Assembly (NCBI GenBank): GCA_963707635.1
Contig: OY970173.1
Coordinates: 512,001-576,000 of the forward strand
Length of the DNA: 64,000 bases
Direction of reading: 5' to 3'
Origin: Candidatus Latescibacterota bacterium
GTDB lineage: Bacteria; Krumholzibacteriota; Krumholzibacteriia; WVZY01; JAKEHA01
Shown: in pieces, positions 18,196 through 27,840 of the stretch
Numbering within the stretch: the stretch's first letter is position 1
How the letters are laid out: each line of letters opens with the position of its first letter
Position numbers and translations under genes: made by a program
Notes under the pieces: generated by a model
Databases searched by the model: none
The model's input: only the letters and a program-made list of their open reading frames with translations
Told to the model about the DNA's origin: nothing

Positions 18196-19074
18196 CTAGC
18201 GATCCTCTAATTTGCGGCGCAGCTTTCGGATAGCCCCGTCCAGGATGGTGTACACGCGTCGCTGGCCGCGCAGGCCGCGTTCCTTCGCGATCCGCTGCGC
18301 CGTCCACCCCTCCTCGAAACGCAACCGGACGATCTCCCGCTCTTCGTCCCCCAGCTCGCCCAGGAGTTCGCGGACGCGCTGCGCCTGGCTCGCGAGGTCG
18401 TCGCGACCCGGCGCGTCGGCCTCCTGCTCGCCGTCGCTCTGCTCCTGGCGGATGTCCATGTGGGCGAGGAACTCGAGCATGCGTCCGGACACGACCCCCA
18501 GCGCGGGAGCCTTGGCATCGGACTCGAGGCGGCGAAGGTAGCGCCGGTCGAACGTCGATTCGATTTTCAGGACTGCGTGGGCCACCATCTCGGCGGACGC
18601 CGTCATTCCCGCCGAGCGCAGCGAGTGCATCACCGCGTCGAACCCCAGACCCTCGATGTGGTGAAACCGGAATACGCGCTGCTCGAAAGGCGAGAGTGAC
18701 TCGAAGCCCTGCGGCATCTTCTTTCGCCCCTGGAGATGGCGAAGATGGTCGAGCGCCTTGCCGCGGGAAACGACGATGAGCCAGGTCGAGAGTTCCGAGC
18801 TGCCGCGAAACTCGCCGAGCTTGCCGCGGTAGAGCGCTTCGAGCACGTCGGCGAACACGGTGCGCACGTCGTCTTCGTCTTCCGCGAAGAGCTGACGGCG
18901 AATTACGCTGTAAATGAGACCGGCGTAGCGGTCGACGAAGGCGTGCCAGTGCGCGGTGGAACCGCCGAGGATCATCTCGATCAGGGCGAGATCCTCGTGG
19001 GCGCGCGTCTGCCTTTCGGCGGCCTCCGCCGGGGTGGGCTTGGGTCTTGGTTTGACAGGCTTCACGAGCGTCAC
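18196..19074 (-). CDS. sigma70-family (ECF-like) RNA polymerase sigma factor
   Basis: Region 2 (FVDRYAGLIY, FRGSSELSTWL..VSRGKALDHLR) and region 4 (LGDEEREIVRLRFEEGWTAQRIA). Confidence 0.85.
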   Translation of the reverse strand: MTLVKPVKPRPKPTPAEAAERQTRAHEDLALIEMILGGSTAHWHAFVDRYAGLIYSVIRRQLFAEDEDDVRTVFADVLEALYRGKLGEFRGSSELSTWLIVVSRGKALDHLRHLQGRKKMPQGFESLSPFEQRVFRFHHIEGLGFDAVMHSLRSAGMTASAEMVAHAVLKIESTFDRRYLRRLESDAKAPALGVVSGRMLEFLAHMDIRQEQSDGEQEADAPGRDDLASQAQRVRELLGELGDEEREIVRLRFEEGWTAQRIAKERGLRGQRRVYTILDGAIRKLRRKLEDR

Positions 19075-19153
19075 TCGCGCCGGAGGTGGGGGGCCGGCGT
19101 ATTGCCTGCTACTACGTTAACGGATCGCGACGCGGGCGGCAAGGGCGACGGCG

Positions 19154-19276
19154 TCAGCCGCGGCCCTTGTACGCCTTGAGCTCCTCCGCGAGCGCCCGTC
19201 GCGCGCGCACCAGGCGGACCAGATACAGCAACACCGCGATCGATACCACCGAATAGGCGGCTGCCACCCAGGCCAT
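19154..19276 (-). CDS. ccmD: heme exporter protein D-like
   Basis: 40 aa (MAWVAAAYSVVSIAVLLYLVRLVRARR): a TM helix plus basic tail directly after ccmC. Confidence 0.75.
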   Translation of the reverse strand: MAWVAAAYSVVSIAVLLYLVRLVRARRALAEELKAYKGRG

Positions 19277-19278
19277 GT

Positions 19279-19968
19279 TCACGCTCCTTCCGCGCTCTCG
19301 CGCAGCGCATTCACTTCGGCGCGCATGTACTCGAGGGCCACGCGCCGCCGCAACAGCACCGTGAACAGCAGCAGAAATGCCGCCGAGCACACCCACAGGG
19401 TCGTCGCCATCTTCGGGTCGAGCCCCGACCCCTCTCCGCCCATGATGACCGGCTGCGGGTGCTGGGTGCGCCACCAGCGGATGGCGAAATAGACCAGCGG
19501 CACGTCGATGAATCCCGCGACGCCGACGATCGCGGCGAGCGTCGCGCGCCGGTCCGGCGACTCGACGTAGCGGCGCAGCATGAGGTAGCCCATGTAGATC
19601 AGCCACAGCACGAGTGTGAGGGTGAGACGCGCATCCCACGTCCACCAGATTCCCCAGACCGGTTTCGCCCAGATGGGCCCGGTAATAAGGACGAGGGTGG
19701 TGAACAGCACGCCTACTTCCGCCGCCGCCAGCGCGCGCGCGTCCCACTTCGGGTCGCGGGTGGCGAGGTAGCGGAAGCTCGCGATGAACACGATCAGAAA
19801 TCCGAGGAAGGCGTTCCACGCCAGCGGCACGTGGAAGTAAAAGATCTTCTGGACGATGCCCATCTTGCTCTCGGTGGGCGCGTAGAAAAAGATCATGGCG
19901 ACGGCCACGGCCATCCACATGACCAGGGCAGCCTCGAGCACGGCGGTGGCGCGGTTTCGCGAGCCCAT
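19279..19968 (-). CDS. ccmC: heme exporter / cytochrome c biogenesis protein C
   Basis: YFHVP, WAKPVWGIWWTWDARLT (WWD domain) and WWRTQHP. Confidence 0.93.
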   Translation of the reverse strand: MGSRNRATAVLEAALVMWMAVAVAMIFFYAPTESKMGIVQKIFYFHVPLAWNAFLGFLIVFIASFRYLATRDPKWDARALAAAEVGVLFTTLVLITGPIWAKPVWGIWWTWDARLTLTLVLWLIYMGYLMLRRYVESPDRRATLAAIVGVAGFIDVPLVYFAIRWWRTQHPQPVIMGGEGSGLDPKMATTLWVCSAAFLLLFTVLLRRRVALEYMRAEVNALRESAEGA

Positions 19969-19971
19969 CGA

Positions 19972-20640
19972 TCACTCCTCGATCGCGTACTCGAAGACGA
20001 GCAACGAAGCGGTGACGAACACGACGTCGTAGACTATCAGAAGCCGATACCAAAACGAAGCGCTCTGTGCGCCACCGAGCGCGTACGACGTGGTCTCGAC
20101 CGCGGCGATGAGCGCGGGCACCGCGACCGGCAGAAACAGCAGTGGCAGCATCAACTCGCGCATGCGTGTGTTCGAGGCGACCGCGGAGAACAGCGTGCCC
20201 GCCGCCGCGAATCCCGCCGACCCCAGGGTGAACGACGCCGCCAGCGCCGGCAGCCGGGACGCGGCCAGGTCGACGTCGAAGAAGATCATGAACAGCGGCA
20301 GCACCACGATCTGGGTGGCCAGCAGGAACGTCCAGTTCGCGAGAAACTTTCCCAGGTAGATGCCGGCGGGGTCGACCGGGGCGAGGGCGAGCGCGCGGCC
20401 GGCGCCGGATTCCTTCTCGAGCGCGAACGAGTGGTTGAGCGCCAGCGTGCCCGCGAACGAGAACGCCACCCAGAAAAAGCCCGCGCCGAGGCGGCGCATT
20501 TCGGGGGTGTTCACGTCGAGCGCGAAGTTGAAAATCACCAGCACCAGGACGCTGAAAACGAGCGCCGCGCTCAGCGCATCCCTCGTGCGGAGCTCGATGC
20601 TGAGATCTTTCCACAGGACGACGGCGGCGGTACGGAGCAT
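19972..20640 (-). CDS. ccmB: heme exporter protein B
   Basis: WKDLSIELR, FALEKESG, IYLGK and RELMLPLLFLP, with six TM helices. Confidence 0.9.
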   Translation of the reverse strand: MLRTAAVVLWKDLSIELRTRDALSAALVFSVLVLVIFNFALDVNTPEMRRLGAGFFWVAFSFAGTLALNHSFALEKESGAGRALALAPVDPAGIYLGKFLANWTFLLATQIVVLPLFMIFFDVDLAASRLPALAASFTLGSAGFAAAGTLFSAVASNTRMRELMLPLLFLPVAVPALIAAVETTSYALGGAQSASFWYRLLIVYDVVFVTASLLVFEYAIEE

Positions 20641-20648
20641 GGCGGTTC

Positions 20649-21404
20649 CTAGTCCCGGGGCGCGGCCGGCGCGACCGCGCGTGTCGAACCCGTGAAGAGC
20701 ACGTTCCAGTACGCATGACGGAACGCAGCCACGTCGACGTCGCGCGCAGCTCTGTCATAGCTGACCGACCCGCGTTCGAGGATGACGGCGCGCGTCGCGG
20801 CCTGGAAGGCACGCTCGACGTCGTGCGTGCTCATCAGGACGGCTCCGCCTTCGCGCGCAAACTCCTGCAGCAGCGACGCGAGGGCCTGGCTCGAGAGTTC
20901 GTCGAGCCCGGTGAACGGTTCGTCGAGCAGGAGCAGCCGCGGACTGTGGACGAGTGCGCGGGCGATAGCGAGCCGCTGCTTCATGCCGCGGCTCAAGTCG
21001 CGGGCGGTGTTCTGCGCGCGGCCGTCCAGCTCGACGCGCGCGAGCAGCTCGCGCACGCGCGCCTCCGCGTCCGCCACGCGGTAGAGGCGGGCGAAAAAGC
21101 GAAGGTTGTCGGCGACGCTCAGGTCCAGGTAGAGGCAGGTATCGTGCAGGACGATTCCGACCGCGCGCCGCATAGCGGCGGAGGCACGGCGCAGGTTCTC
21201 GCCGAATACGCGCACGTCGCCGTCGTAGGATCGGATCAGCGAACCGGCCACATGAATGAGGGTGGTCTTGCCGGCGCCGTTGCGGCCGAAGAGCGCCACG
21301 CATTCACCCGGCGCCACCGTGAGATCCACCGCGCGGAGCGCGGTCACGCGGCCGTAGCGCTTGGTCAGTCGCTCGCACTCGAGGGCGGGCGCGCCGGCGG
21401 TCAT
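20649..21404 (-). CDS. ccmA: heme ABC exporter ATP-binding protein
   Basis: GRNGAGKTT, LSRGMKQR and LLLLDEPF, in ccm context. Confidence 0.88.
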   Translation of the reverse strand: MTAGAPALECERLTKRYGRVTALRAVDLTVAPGECVALFGRNGAGKTTLIHVAGSLIRSYDGDVRVFGENLRRASAAMRRAVGIVLHDTCLYLDLSVADNLRFFARLYRVADAEARVRELLARVELDGRAQNTARDLSRGMKQRLAIARALVHSPRLLLLDEPFTGLDELSSQALASLLQEFAREGGAVLMSTHDVERAFQAATRAVILERGSVSYDRAARDVDVAAFRHAYWNVLFTGSTRAVAPAAPRD

Positions 21405-22744
21405 CTCGTCTTCGTCTGGGGAGCCGCCGCCGGGGCTGTCGATCCGGGAAGCGGCGCGGGTTGGTAGGCGGTGGTGTCCTGGGCGCGGAGCCGGATGGCG
21501 AGCGCAGCGGTTCTCGTCACCAACTCCTCGCGCGCCGCACGGTACGCCTCACCGGGGATCGCTTCCGCCGCGTGCAGGTCGTCGAGGCGGGCGAGCCGCG
21601 CCACCATCGAGTCGTAATGGCGGCGGAGCACTTTCGGATCCGAGAGCGGATCCCCGCGGTCGCGCAGCACGACGGCCACCATGCCCGCGAACGTGAACAA
21701 GAGCGCCGCAATGACGAACAGCGACAGACCCTCGGAGTCGCTGTCCACCGTGAGGACGTTCTGGTCTCCGCCCTCGCCGCCGCCGGTTCCGGCGAAACCG
21801 GGATCGCCGCCTTCGAACGCAAGCACGAGCTCGCTGCCCTTCGAAAGCCCGTGCACCGAGTAGGCCGACATGCCGTGCACGGGCTCCATCGCCTCGAGTG
21901 TGTGCGACGTGCTGGAAATCTTGATGTCGGGGTCGACCGCAAAGACGGTCGCCTGTTCGACGTCGTGGAAGAACTTCTCGGCGAGCGTGTACCGGCCGGA
22001 CGCGTACGGCAGCGTGAAGGCGATGCCGACGCGGGTGACGCCCGGGCGGATCGGGTACTCGATGGCGTAACGGCCGGGTGTGTCGGTGGGGATCGGAGTT
22101 CGGTCGACCGGAACGCTGAAGGTGGTCACGAAACACGCCGTCAGACTGTCCATGTCGGCGGGCAGGAAAAACTGGAAGAATGCCCCGTCACCCGTGATGG
22201 TTCGCGGCGGCGAGGACTCGTTGGTGATCTCGTAGAGTTGCTCGATCTGCAGCAGCTCGCCGTTGCGGGTCGCGGCCAGGTGCGGCATCGAAATCCGAAC
22301 GCCGGCCCACGACGTCGTTCGTTCGTACACGATCACCGCGATGTCCTGGTCGGCGCCGGTCACCTGCACGGGAGAGTTGTAGGCCACGCCGTCGTATTCG
22401 ACGCGAATCAGATAGATCGGGGCGTTCGCATCGAGGTCGGGGATCTCGAAGCGCCCGTCGCGCGCTTGGATCTCACGCTCCTGGAGCATCCCGCCGGAGG
22501 GGTTGACGACCTCGACCTTCGCGGAAATGCGCTTGTCGCCGGTGGTGCCGTTCTCGAGGGTTCCGTGGATGGTGAAGGCGCTCGCGCCGGAAGCGAGAAG
22601 CAGCACTGCGCTGGCCGCGAACCCCGCGCATACCCCGCGCGCGATTTGAGCAAGAGCGGGTGGCACCAGCCGGGGCCCCCGGCGCGTGGAGCCCCGCGAG
22701 CACGACGGGGTGGGCTGGTGACAGGACCCGCGAAGGTGAATCAT
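21401..22744 (-). CDS. uncharacterised exported/membrane protein within the ccm operon
   Basis: ATGA overlaps at both ends. Signal-like segment, beta-rich periplasmic region, TM helix and a C-terminal CcmI-like helical motif. The start may be later than 22744. Confidence 0.75.
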   Translation of the reverse strand: MIHLRGSCHQPTPSCSRGSTRRGPRLVPPALAQIARGVCAGFAASAVLLLASGASAFTIHGTLENGTTGDKRISAKVEVVNPSGGMLQEREIQARDGRFEIPDLDANAPIYLIRVEYDGVAYNSPVQVTGADQDIAVIVYERTTSWAGVRISMPHLAATRNGELLQIEQLYEITNESSPPRTITGDGAFFQFFLPADMDSLTACFVTTFSVPVDRTPIPTDTPGRYAIEYPIRPGVTRVGIAFTLPYASGRYTLAEKFFHDVEQATVFAVDPDIKISSTSHTLEAMEPVHGMSAYSVHGLSKGSELVLAFEGGDPGFAGTGGGEGGDQNVLTVDSDSEGLSLFVIAALLFTFAGMVAVVLRDRGDPLSDPKVLRRHYDSMVARLARLDDLHAAEAIPGEAYRAAREELVTRTAALAIRLRAQDTTAYQPAPLPGSTAPAAAPQTKTR

Positions 22745-23094
22745 CTCGGCACCTTGCGGCGCGCGCGCGCGTCGCCCTCGATCATGTCTTCGACCTCGCG
22801 GCGCACGTGCGCCTCGTCGATCTCCTTCACGACCTCCGCTGCTTCGGCCATGAGGCCGCCGCGCAGGCGATCGTAGTCGGGCTGGGAAAGCTTGCCCATC
22901 TGGAACTCGCCGTCCAGATCGCGCAGGTTGTCGTAGACGGTGACGCGGCGCGAATAGAGGTAGGCGAGCTTCTTCTGCTCGCCCAGCCCGAGCATGTCGT
23001 CGAGATAGTAGAGGTAGCGCTTCGGCGTCACGAGCGGGTACGCGACGAACGCGAGCGCCGCGGCACACACCAGTCCGATCACGAACAGTTCCAT
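22741..23094 (-). CDS. CcmI N-terminal-like membrane protein
   Basis: TM helix then LRDLDGEFQMGKLSQPDYDRLR, a motif typical of CcmI-1 domains. Confidence 0.7.
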   Translation of the reverse strand: MELFVIGLVCAAALAFVAYPLVTPKRYLYYLDDMLGLGEQKKLAYLYSRRVTVYDNLRDLDGEFQMGKLSQPDYDRLRGGLMAEAAEVVKEIDEAHVRREVEDMIEGDARARRKVPR

Positions 23095-23096
23095 GG

Positions 23097-23687
23097 TTAC
23101 ACCGACTTCATTTCGTCTTCAATGCGTCGTTTCATCTCGGGATCGATAGCGGCCGCCGGCGCGGCGACGGCGGCGCGGCGCCTGGCCGCCCACCGCATCG
23201 ACAGATAGACCGCGGCGAACAGGCCGACCAGCAAGGCAAAGCCGGGCATCACCCAGGCAGCGAGGTTGAACCCCGACGTCGGCGGCGAGGACAGGACCTT
23301 GAGACCGTATTCACCGACGAACCCCGCCACGATCGAATCGTTCGGTGCACCTGCAAGCAACTGGGTCTCGATCGAGTGCCGCATCGGCACCGCGGACGGA
23401 CAGTTCACGTGGTTGCACACCTGCAGAATCATGTTGCAACCGCACTGGCACACGAGCCGATCGGAGATTTCGTTGAAGCGCGTCGCGAGCGCCGGGTCCT
23501 TGAGCTGCGTCTTCGCCGACTGCGCGAACGCTCCGGGGGCGAATACGAGGGTGGCAAGAGCGACGACGTATAGCGTGCGGCACAAGCGGGTGGCGCCGAT
23601 GGGGGCCCCCCGCCGCGCGCAGCCTGCGAGCACGGTGGGGGTAATCGGCGACAGGACCCGCGGAGTTGCCGACGAACTGAAATTCAT
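23097..23687 (-). CDS. ccmH: cytochrome c biogenesis protein CcmH-like
   Basis: LVCQCGC, AVPMRHSI, FVGEYGLKVLSSPP..GFNLAAWVMP and a C-terminal TM helix. Confidence 0.8.
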   Translation of the reverse strand: MNFSSSATPRVLSPITPTVLAGCARRGAPIGATRLCRTLYVVALATLVFAPGAFAQSAKTQLKDPALATRFNEISDRLVCQCGCNMILQVCNHVNCPSAVPMRHSIETQLLAGAPNDSIVAGFVGEYGLKVLSSPPTSGFNLAAWVMPGFALLVGLFAAVYLSMRWAARRRAAVAAPAAAIDPEMKRRIEDEMKSV

Positions 23688-25729
23688 CGCTCCACCGTCG
23701 CCTTGTCGGTGTCCCGGAGCAGCTGCTCGATCGCGCGCTTCTGGCGGGTGACAGCGCGGTCCTTTCGATTCGGGAGCAGCGTGACCAGCGTGCCCAGGGC
23801 CATCACGAACCCGCCCAACCAGACCCACTGCACCAGCGGATTGATCCACACCTGCATCACGGCGCGGCCGGTGTCCTCCTTGGTGTCCGAGAACACCACG
23901 TACACGTCCTCGACCAGCGCGTGGTGCATGCGCACCTCGGACGTCGTCTGCTGGCTGGCGGGGTAGAAGCGCTTCTCCGGCGACAGCTCGGCGATCTTCT
24001 TGCCGCCCTTCGACACGGCGAGCGTGGCGCTCATGCCGGAAAAATTCGGGTCGGAGACGTCCTCGATGGCGAGGCACTCGAAATCATAGTGGCCGATGGT
24101 GAACGTCTCGCCCACGTTCGCCTCGCCCCAGCCCTCGGTGGTGAACGCACGGCCGGTGAACCCGAGCATGAGCAGCACGAAACCGAAATGCACGATGTAG
24201 CCGCCGTAGCGACGCTTGTTGGTCGAGGTGATTCCGACCAGCGCGGACACCAGGTTCTCGCCGGTGTTGCGCCGGCGGGCGCGCGCGGCGCGCCCAAACT
24301 CGGAGACGAGTGTCACGGTCACGAACACGGCCAGGGCGAACGACATTACCGGGTAGATCGAGCGAACGCCGAGGGCGACGCACACCACCGCGGTCACGAG
24401 TCCGCCGATCGTCGGCCACAGGAAGATTCTCTTCATGCTCTCGAACGAGGTCTTGCGCCACGCCAGTAGCGGGCCCACGCCGGTCAGGAACAGGAGGAAG
24501 AGCGCGATCGGCACGTTGATCTTGTTGAAAAACGGCGCGCCGACGGTGACCTGCTCGCCCTGGATCAGCTCCGAAAATACCGGGAAGAGCGTCCCCCAGA
24601 ACACGGCGAAGCACGCCGCCAGCAGCACCAGATTGTTGAACAGGAAGCTCGCCTCGCGCGAAGCGTAGGAGTCGAGCTGGTTGTCGCTCTTCAGGAATTC
24701 GAGGCGCGTCACCACCAGGTAAATCGCGAACGCGCCCATCAACACCAGGAAGGTGGCGAAGAAGGTGCCGATCGACGACTGCGCGAATGCGTGCACGCTC
24801 GAGACGATCCCGCTGCGGGTGAGGAACGTGCCGAAGATCGCCAGCATGTAGGTGGCCAGGATCAACACGACGTTCCATACCTTGAGCATGTTCTTTCGCT
24901 CCTGCACGATCACCGAGTGCAGGAACGCGGTGCCGGTGAGCCAGGGCATGAGGGAGGCGTTTTCGACTGGATCCCACGCCCAGTACCCGCCCCACCCCAG
25001 CTCGACGTACGCCCAGCGCCCGCCCAGCAGAACGCCGGTGCCGAGGAACAGCCAGGCGAACAGCGTCCAGCGGCGCGCGAGCTTGATCCACCCGGCGCCG
25101 AGCTCGCGCGTGAGCAGGGCCGCCATGCAGAACGCAAACGGCACCACGAAGCCGACGTAACCCAGGTACAGCATCGGCGGGTGGATGACCATCGCGGGAT
25201 GCTGGAGGAGAGGATTGAGCCCGTTGCCATCCTGGGGCGCGAACGCGTGCCGGGCACCGTCGCCGTGGTCGACCACGAGCCGTTCGAACGGGTTCGCGCC
25301 GAACTTGTTCACGATCAGGAAAAACGCTGCCGTGAGCGAGAGCACGCCGAGCGTGTAGGGCACGAGCTTGCCCGCGTAGCGACGGTTGCGAAGCGCCACC
25401 AGCGCGCCGTACATGGTGAGGATCCACGACCAGAACAGGAGCGAACCCTTCTGGCCTCCCCACAGCGAGGCGAACTTGTAGAAGAAGGGAAGGTCGCGGT
25501 TCGAGTATCCGGCGACGTACTCGATCGAGAAGTCGCTGCGCATGAGCAGCACTTCCAGCGCGACCACCGCCAGGGTGACGAAGCCGAAGACTGCGTAGAC
25601 CGCGTGTTCGCCGCTCTTCACCAGCTCGCGCCGCCCCGTCTTCGCCCCGAAGAAGAGAGCGAACAGCGCGTACATGCAGAAGGTCAGCGCAAGCGCGATG
25701 GAGATGTTTCCGAAATCGGCCACGGTCAA
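23684..25729 (-). CDS. ccmF: heme lyase CcmF/NrfE
   Basis: WGGQKGSLLFW, GLNPLLQHPAMVIHPP, WAYVELGWGGYWAWDPVENASLMPW and SVHAF. Confidence 0.96.
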   Translation of the reverse strand: MTVADFGNISIALALTFCMYALFALFFGAKTGRRELVKSGEHAVYAVFGFVTLAVVALEVLLMRSDFSIEYVAGYSNRDLPFFYKFASLWGGQKGSLLFWSWILTMYGALVALRNRRYAGKLVPYTLGVLSLTAAFFLIVNKFGANPFERLVVDHGDGARHAFAPQDGNGLNPLLQHPAMVIHPPMLYLGYVGFVVPFAFCMAALLTRELGAGWIKLARRWTLFAWLFLGTGVLLGGRWAYVELGWGGYWAWDPVENASLMPWLTGTAFLHSVIVQERKNMLKVWNVVLILATYMLAIFGTFLTRSGIVSSVHAFAQSSIGTFFATFLVLMGAFAIYLVVTRLEFLKSDNQLDSYASREASFLFNNLVLLAACFAVFWGTLFPVFSELIQGEQVTVGAPFFNKINVPIALFLLFLTGVGPLLAWRKTSFESMKRIFLWPTIGGLVTAVVCVALGVRSIYPVMSFALAVFVTVTLVSEFGRAARARRRNTGENLVSALVGITSTNKRRYGGYIVHFGFVLLMLGFTGRAFTTEGWGEANVGETFTIGHYDFECLAIEDVSDPNFSGMSATLAVSKGGKKIAELSPEKRFYPASQQTTSEVRMHHALVEDVYVVFSDTKEDTGRAVMQVWINPLVQWVWLGGFVMALGTLVTLLPNRKDRAVTRQKRAIEQLLRDTDKATVER

Positions 25730-25765
25730 CTCCTGGGTGAGGGTGTGGCGCGGAGACGTCCGGCG

Positions 25766-26248
25766 CTAGTATCCGGCTTGCGTCGAGTCCGCAGACGCGT
25801 TCGACGGCGCCGCCCCGGCGCCTCCGAGTTTGAGCTGGCTCGGATGCTGCGCGTTGGCGCCATACTGCGCCTCGTACTTGGACGCGCACTTGGCCTGAAT
25901 GTGGTCCGCTTCGAAGGAGCCGTCCGCGCGGCGGCGGCCCTCCACGATGGCCTCGGCCCGGTCCTTGAACGTGTCCGGAACCGGCTGGCTGCCGGTGTAG
26001 TGAACCGTCATGGTGTGCGCGGGATCCTGGGTGAGCGTGAAGACGAGCTTCTGGCCATCGCGATCGATCGAACCTTCTTGCACGATCCCCGCCACCCGCA
26101 GGCGCCGGCCATCCGCCGGGTCCATGGCTGCCACTTCATCGATGGTCCGGTAGTAGGCCTTGCCTTCGTTGTAACCGGCGACCGCAAAGTACGCGATCGC
26201 GGACAGGATGATGGCGATGCCGATGGCAAATCGAAACTGTCGGTTCAT
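25766..26248 (-). CDS. ccmE: heme chaperone CcmE (Cys-type, CxxxY)
   Basis: TM anchor, LRVAGIV, PDTF and AKCASKY. Confidence 0.9.
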   Translation of the reverse strand: MNRQFRFAIGIAIILSAIAYFAVAGYNEGKAYYRTIDEVAAMDPADGRRLRVAGIVQEGSIDRDGQKLVFTLTQDPAHTMTVHYTGSQPVPDTFKDRAEAIVEGRRRADGSFEADHIQAKCASKYEAQYGANAQHPSQLKLGGAGAAPSNASADSTQAGY

Positions 26249-26307
26249 ACGGATGCTCCAGTGGTAGGAACGTCAGTGGCCGGTGCGGCGACCCTCACGC
26301 CGTCATC

Positions 26308-26337
26308 AATATAGCCGAAGCGCAGGGATGCGTACAA
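26308..26337 (-). promoter_or_regulatory. putative sigma70 promoter of the ccm operon
   Basis: Minus strand TTGTAC-18-TATATT. Confidence 0.45.
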
Positions 26338-26544
26338 TGCGCGGCACGTGAGTGCGTTCACAAGTTATCGATTGTAGAATAATTATACAACATTGGACTA
26401 TATTGTTCGTTTTGCTGGCCAACCTGCTCCGGTTCTCTTCGGGTTCTGACTATGTAATTTATTCATAAATATACTCTTACGTCGGTATCAGCCGATTCGA
26501 CGACCGTGGCACCGCGTTTGCGGTTGCTCAAAGGGGAATCCGGT

Positions 26545-27840
26545 ATGTATCGACGAGCAATTTTTGCCGCACTTCTAAGCCTCTGCCCGGTCGGCTCCGG
26601 CCTGGCCCGGGGAGCGGAGGCCCCCGCAGACACGACTGCTCCACGCACCCTCGCCGACTACCTCGCGATGGCGCGGTCCTCCAGCCCCGCGCTCAAGTCG
26701 GTGCAGGCGGGTGCGGTGGCGGCGCGCGAACGCATCGGGGTGGCGCGCGGCTATCCCGACCCCGCGGTTCTCTACGGCTATTACCTCGACGCGGATGAAT
26801 CCGGTCACGTGCCCTCGATGAAGGGGCGCAGCGAGCTGACGCTGATGCAGGAGATTCCATTCTTCGGCAAGCGGGGGATGCGCGGCGAGGTCGCGTCGAG
26901 TGAGGCGGCGGTCGCATCGCGCGTGGGCGACGCGGCGTTGCTCGAACTCGAGTACCAGGTAAAGGTCGGGTTCTTCGAGCTGGCGCGAACGCATGAGGTC
27001 GCGCGCGTCCTCGAGCAGGAGCGGGCGCTGATCGAGCAGATGCGCGACGTTTCGTTCTCGCGCTACTCGTCCGGAACGGCGGAGCAGTACGAGGTCCTCA
27101 AGCTGGACATGACGGTCGCGCAGATCGACGACCAGATCACGATGAACGAACACGACCTCGCGATGGCATCCGCGCGCCTCAATGAATGGATCGGCCGCGA
27201 CGCGGCGTCTCCATTGCCATCTCCGCGGTGGCAGATTCCCGGCGAGCCCGAGATCGAAGATACCGCGGTGGTCGACAGCGCGATCGCGCACCGGCCCGAG
27301 GTAGCCTCCGCGCAGGCGGAGATCGACGCGGCAGAGAGTTCGCGCCGCCTCGCCGGCCGAGAGTACTTTCCCGACCTGGTGCTTGGAGTGCAGTGGGAAT
27401 TCGGTGGAGAAGAGGACGCGCTGGGCAACCAGATGGGGGACAGTTGGGAGGTTCTGGCCGGCATCAGCCTTCCGCTCTGGATCGGCAAGCGGCGCGCCCA
27501 GTCGCGCGAGGCCGACGCGCGCGCCGCGAGCGCACAGCACGGGCTCGAGGCTGTGCACCTGCGCGTCGCGCGCGACGTGGAGGAATCGAGGCACGGGGTC
27601 ATGTCCGCGTGGGAACGGCTCGAGCGCTTCGACCGCGAGATCCTGCCGCGCGCGGAGCAGGCCTTCCGCTCGACCGAGGCCGGGTACCGGGCCGGGCGCG
27701 CGGATCTCCTCGACTACCTGGATAGCGAGCGCATGTGGCTTGGGATGCGCAAGGAATACTATGGGGTCGCCGCGGAGCTCGGCGCGCAGACCGCAGCGCT
27801 CGAGCGCGCACTGGGTCGCACGGGGGTGACGGGCGAATGA
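26545..27840 (+). CDS. TolC-family outer membrane efflux protein (CusC-like)
   Basis: Signal peptide, QEIPFFGKRG, HRPEV, YFPDL, ISLPLW and YRAGRADLLDYLDSER. Confidence 0.88.
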   Translation: MYRRAIFAALLSLCPVGSGLARGAEAPADTTAPRTLADYLAMARSSSPALKSVQAGAVAARERIGVARGYPDPAVLYGYYLDADESGHVPSMKGRSELTLMQEIPFFGKRGMRGEVASSEAAVASRVGDAALLELEYQVKVGFFELARTHEVARVLEQERALIEQMRDVSFSRYSSGTAEQYEVLKLDMTVAQIDDQITMNEHDLAMASARLNEWIGRDAASPLPSPRWQIPGEPEIEDTAVVDSAIAHRPEVASAQAEIDAAESSRRLAGREYFPDLVLGVQWEFGGEEDALGNQMGDSWEVLAGISLPLWIGKRRAQSREADARAASAQHGLEAVHLRVARDVEESRHGVMSAWERLERFDREILPRAEQAFRSTEAGYRAGRADLLDYLDSERMWLGMRKEYYGVAAELGAQTAALERALGRTGVTGE

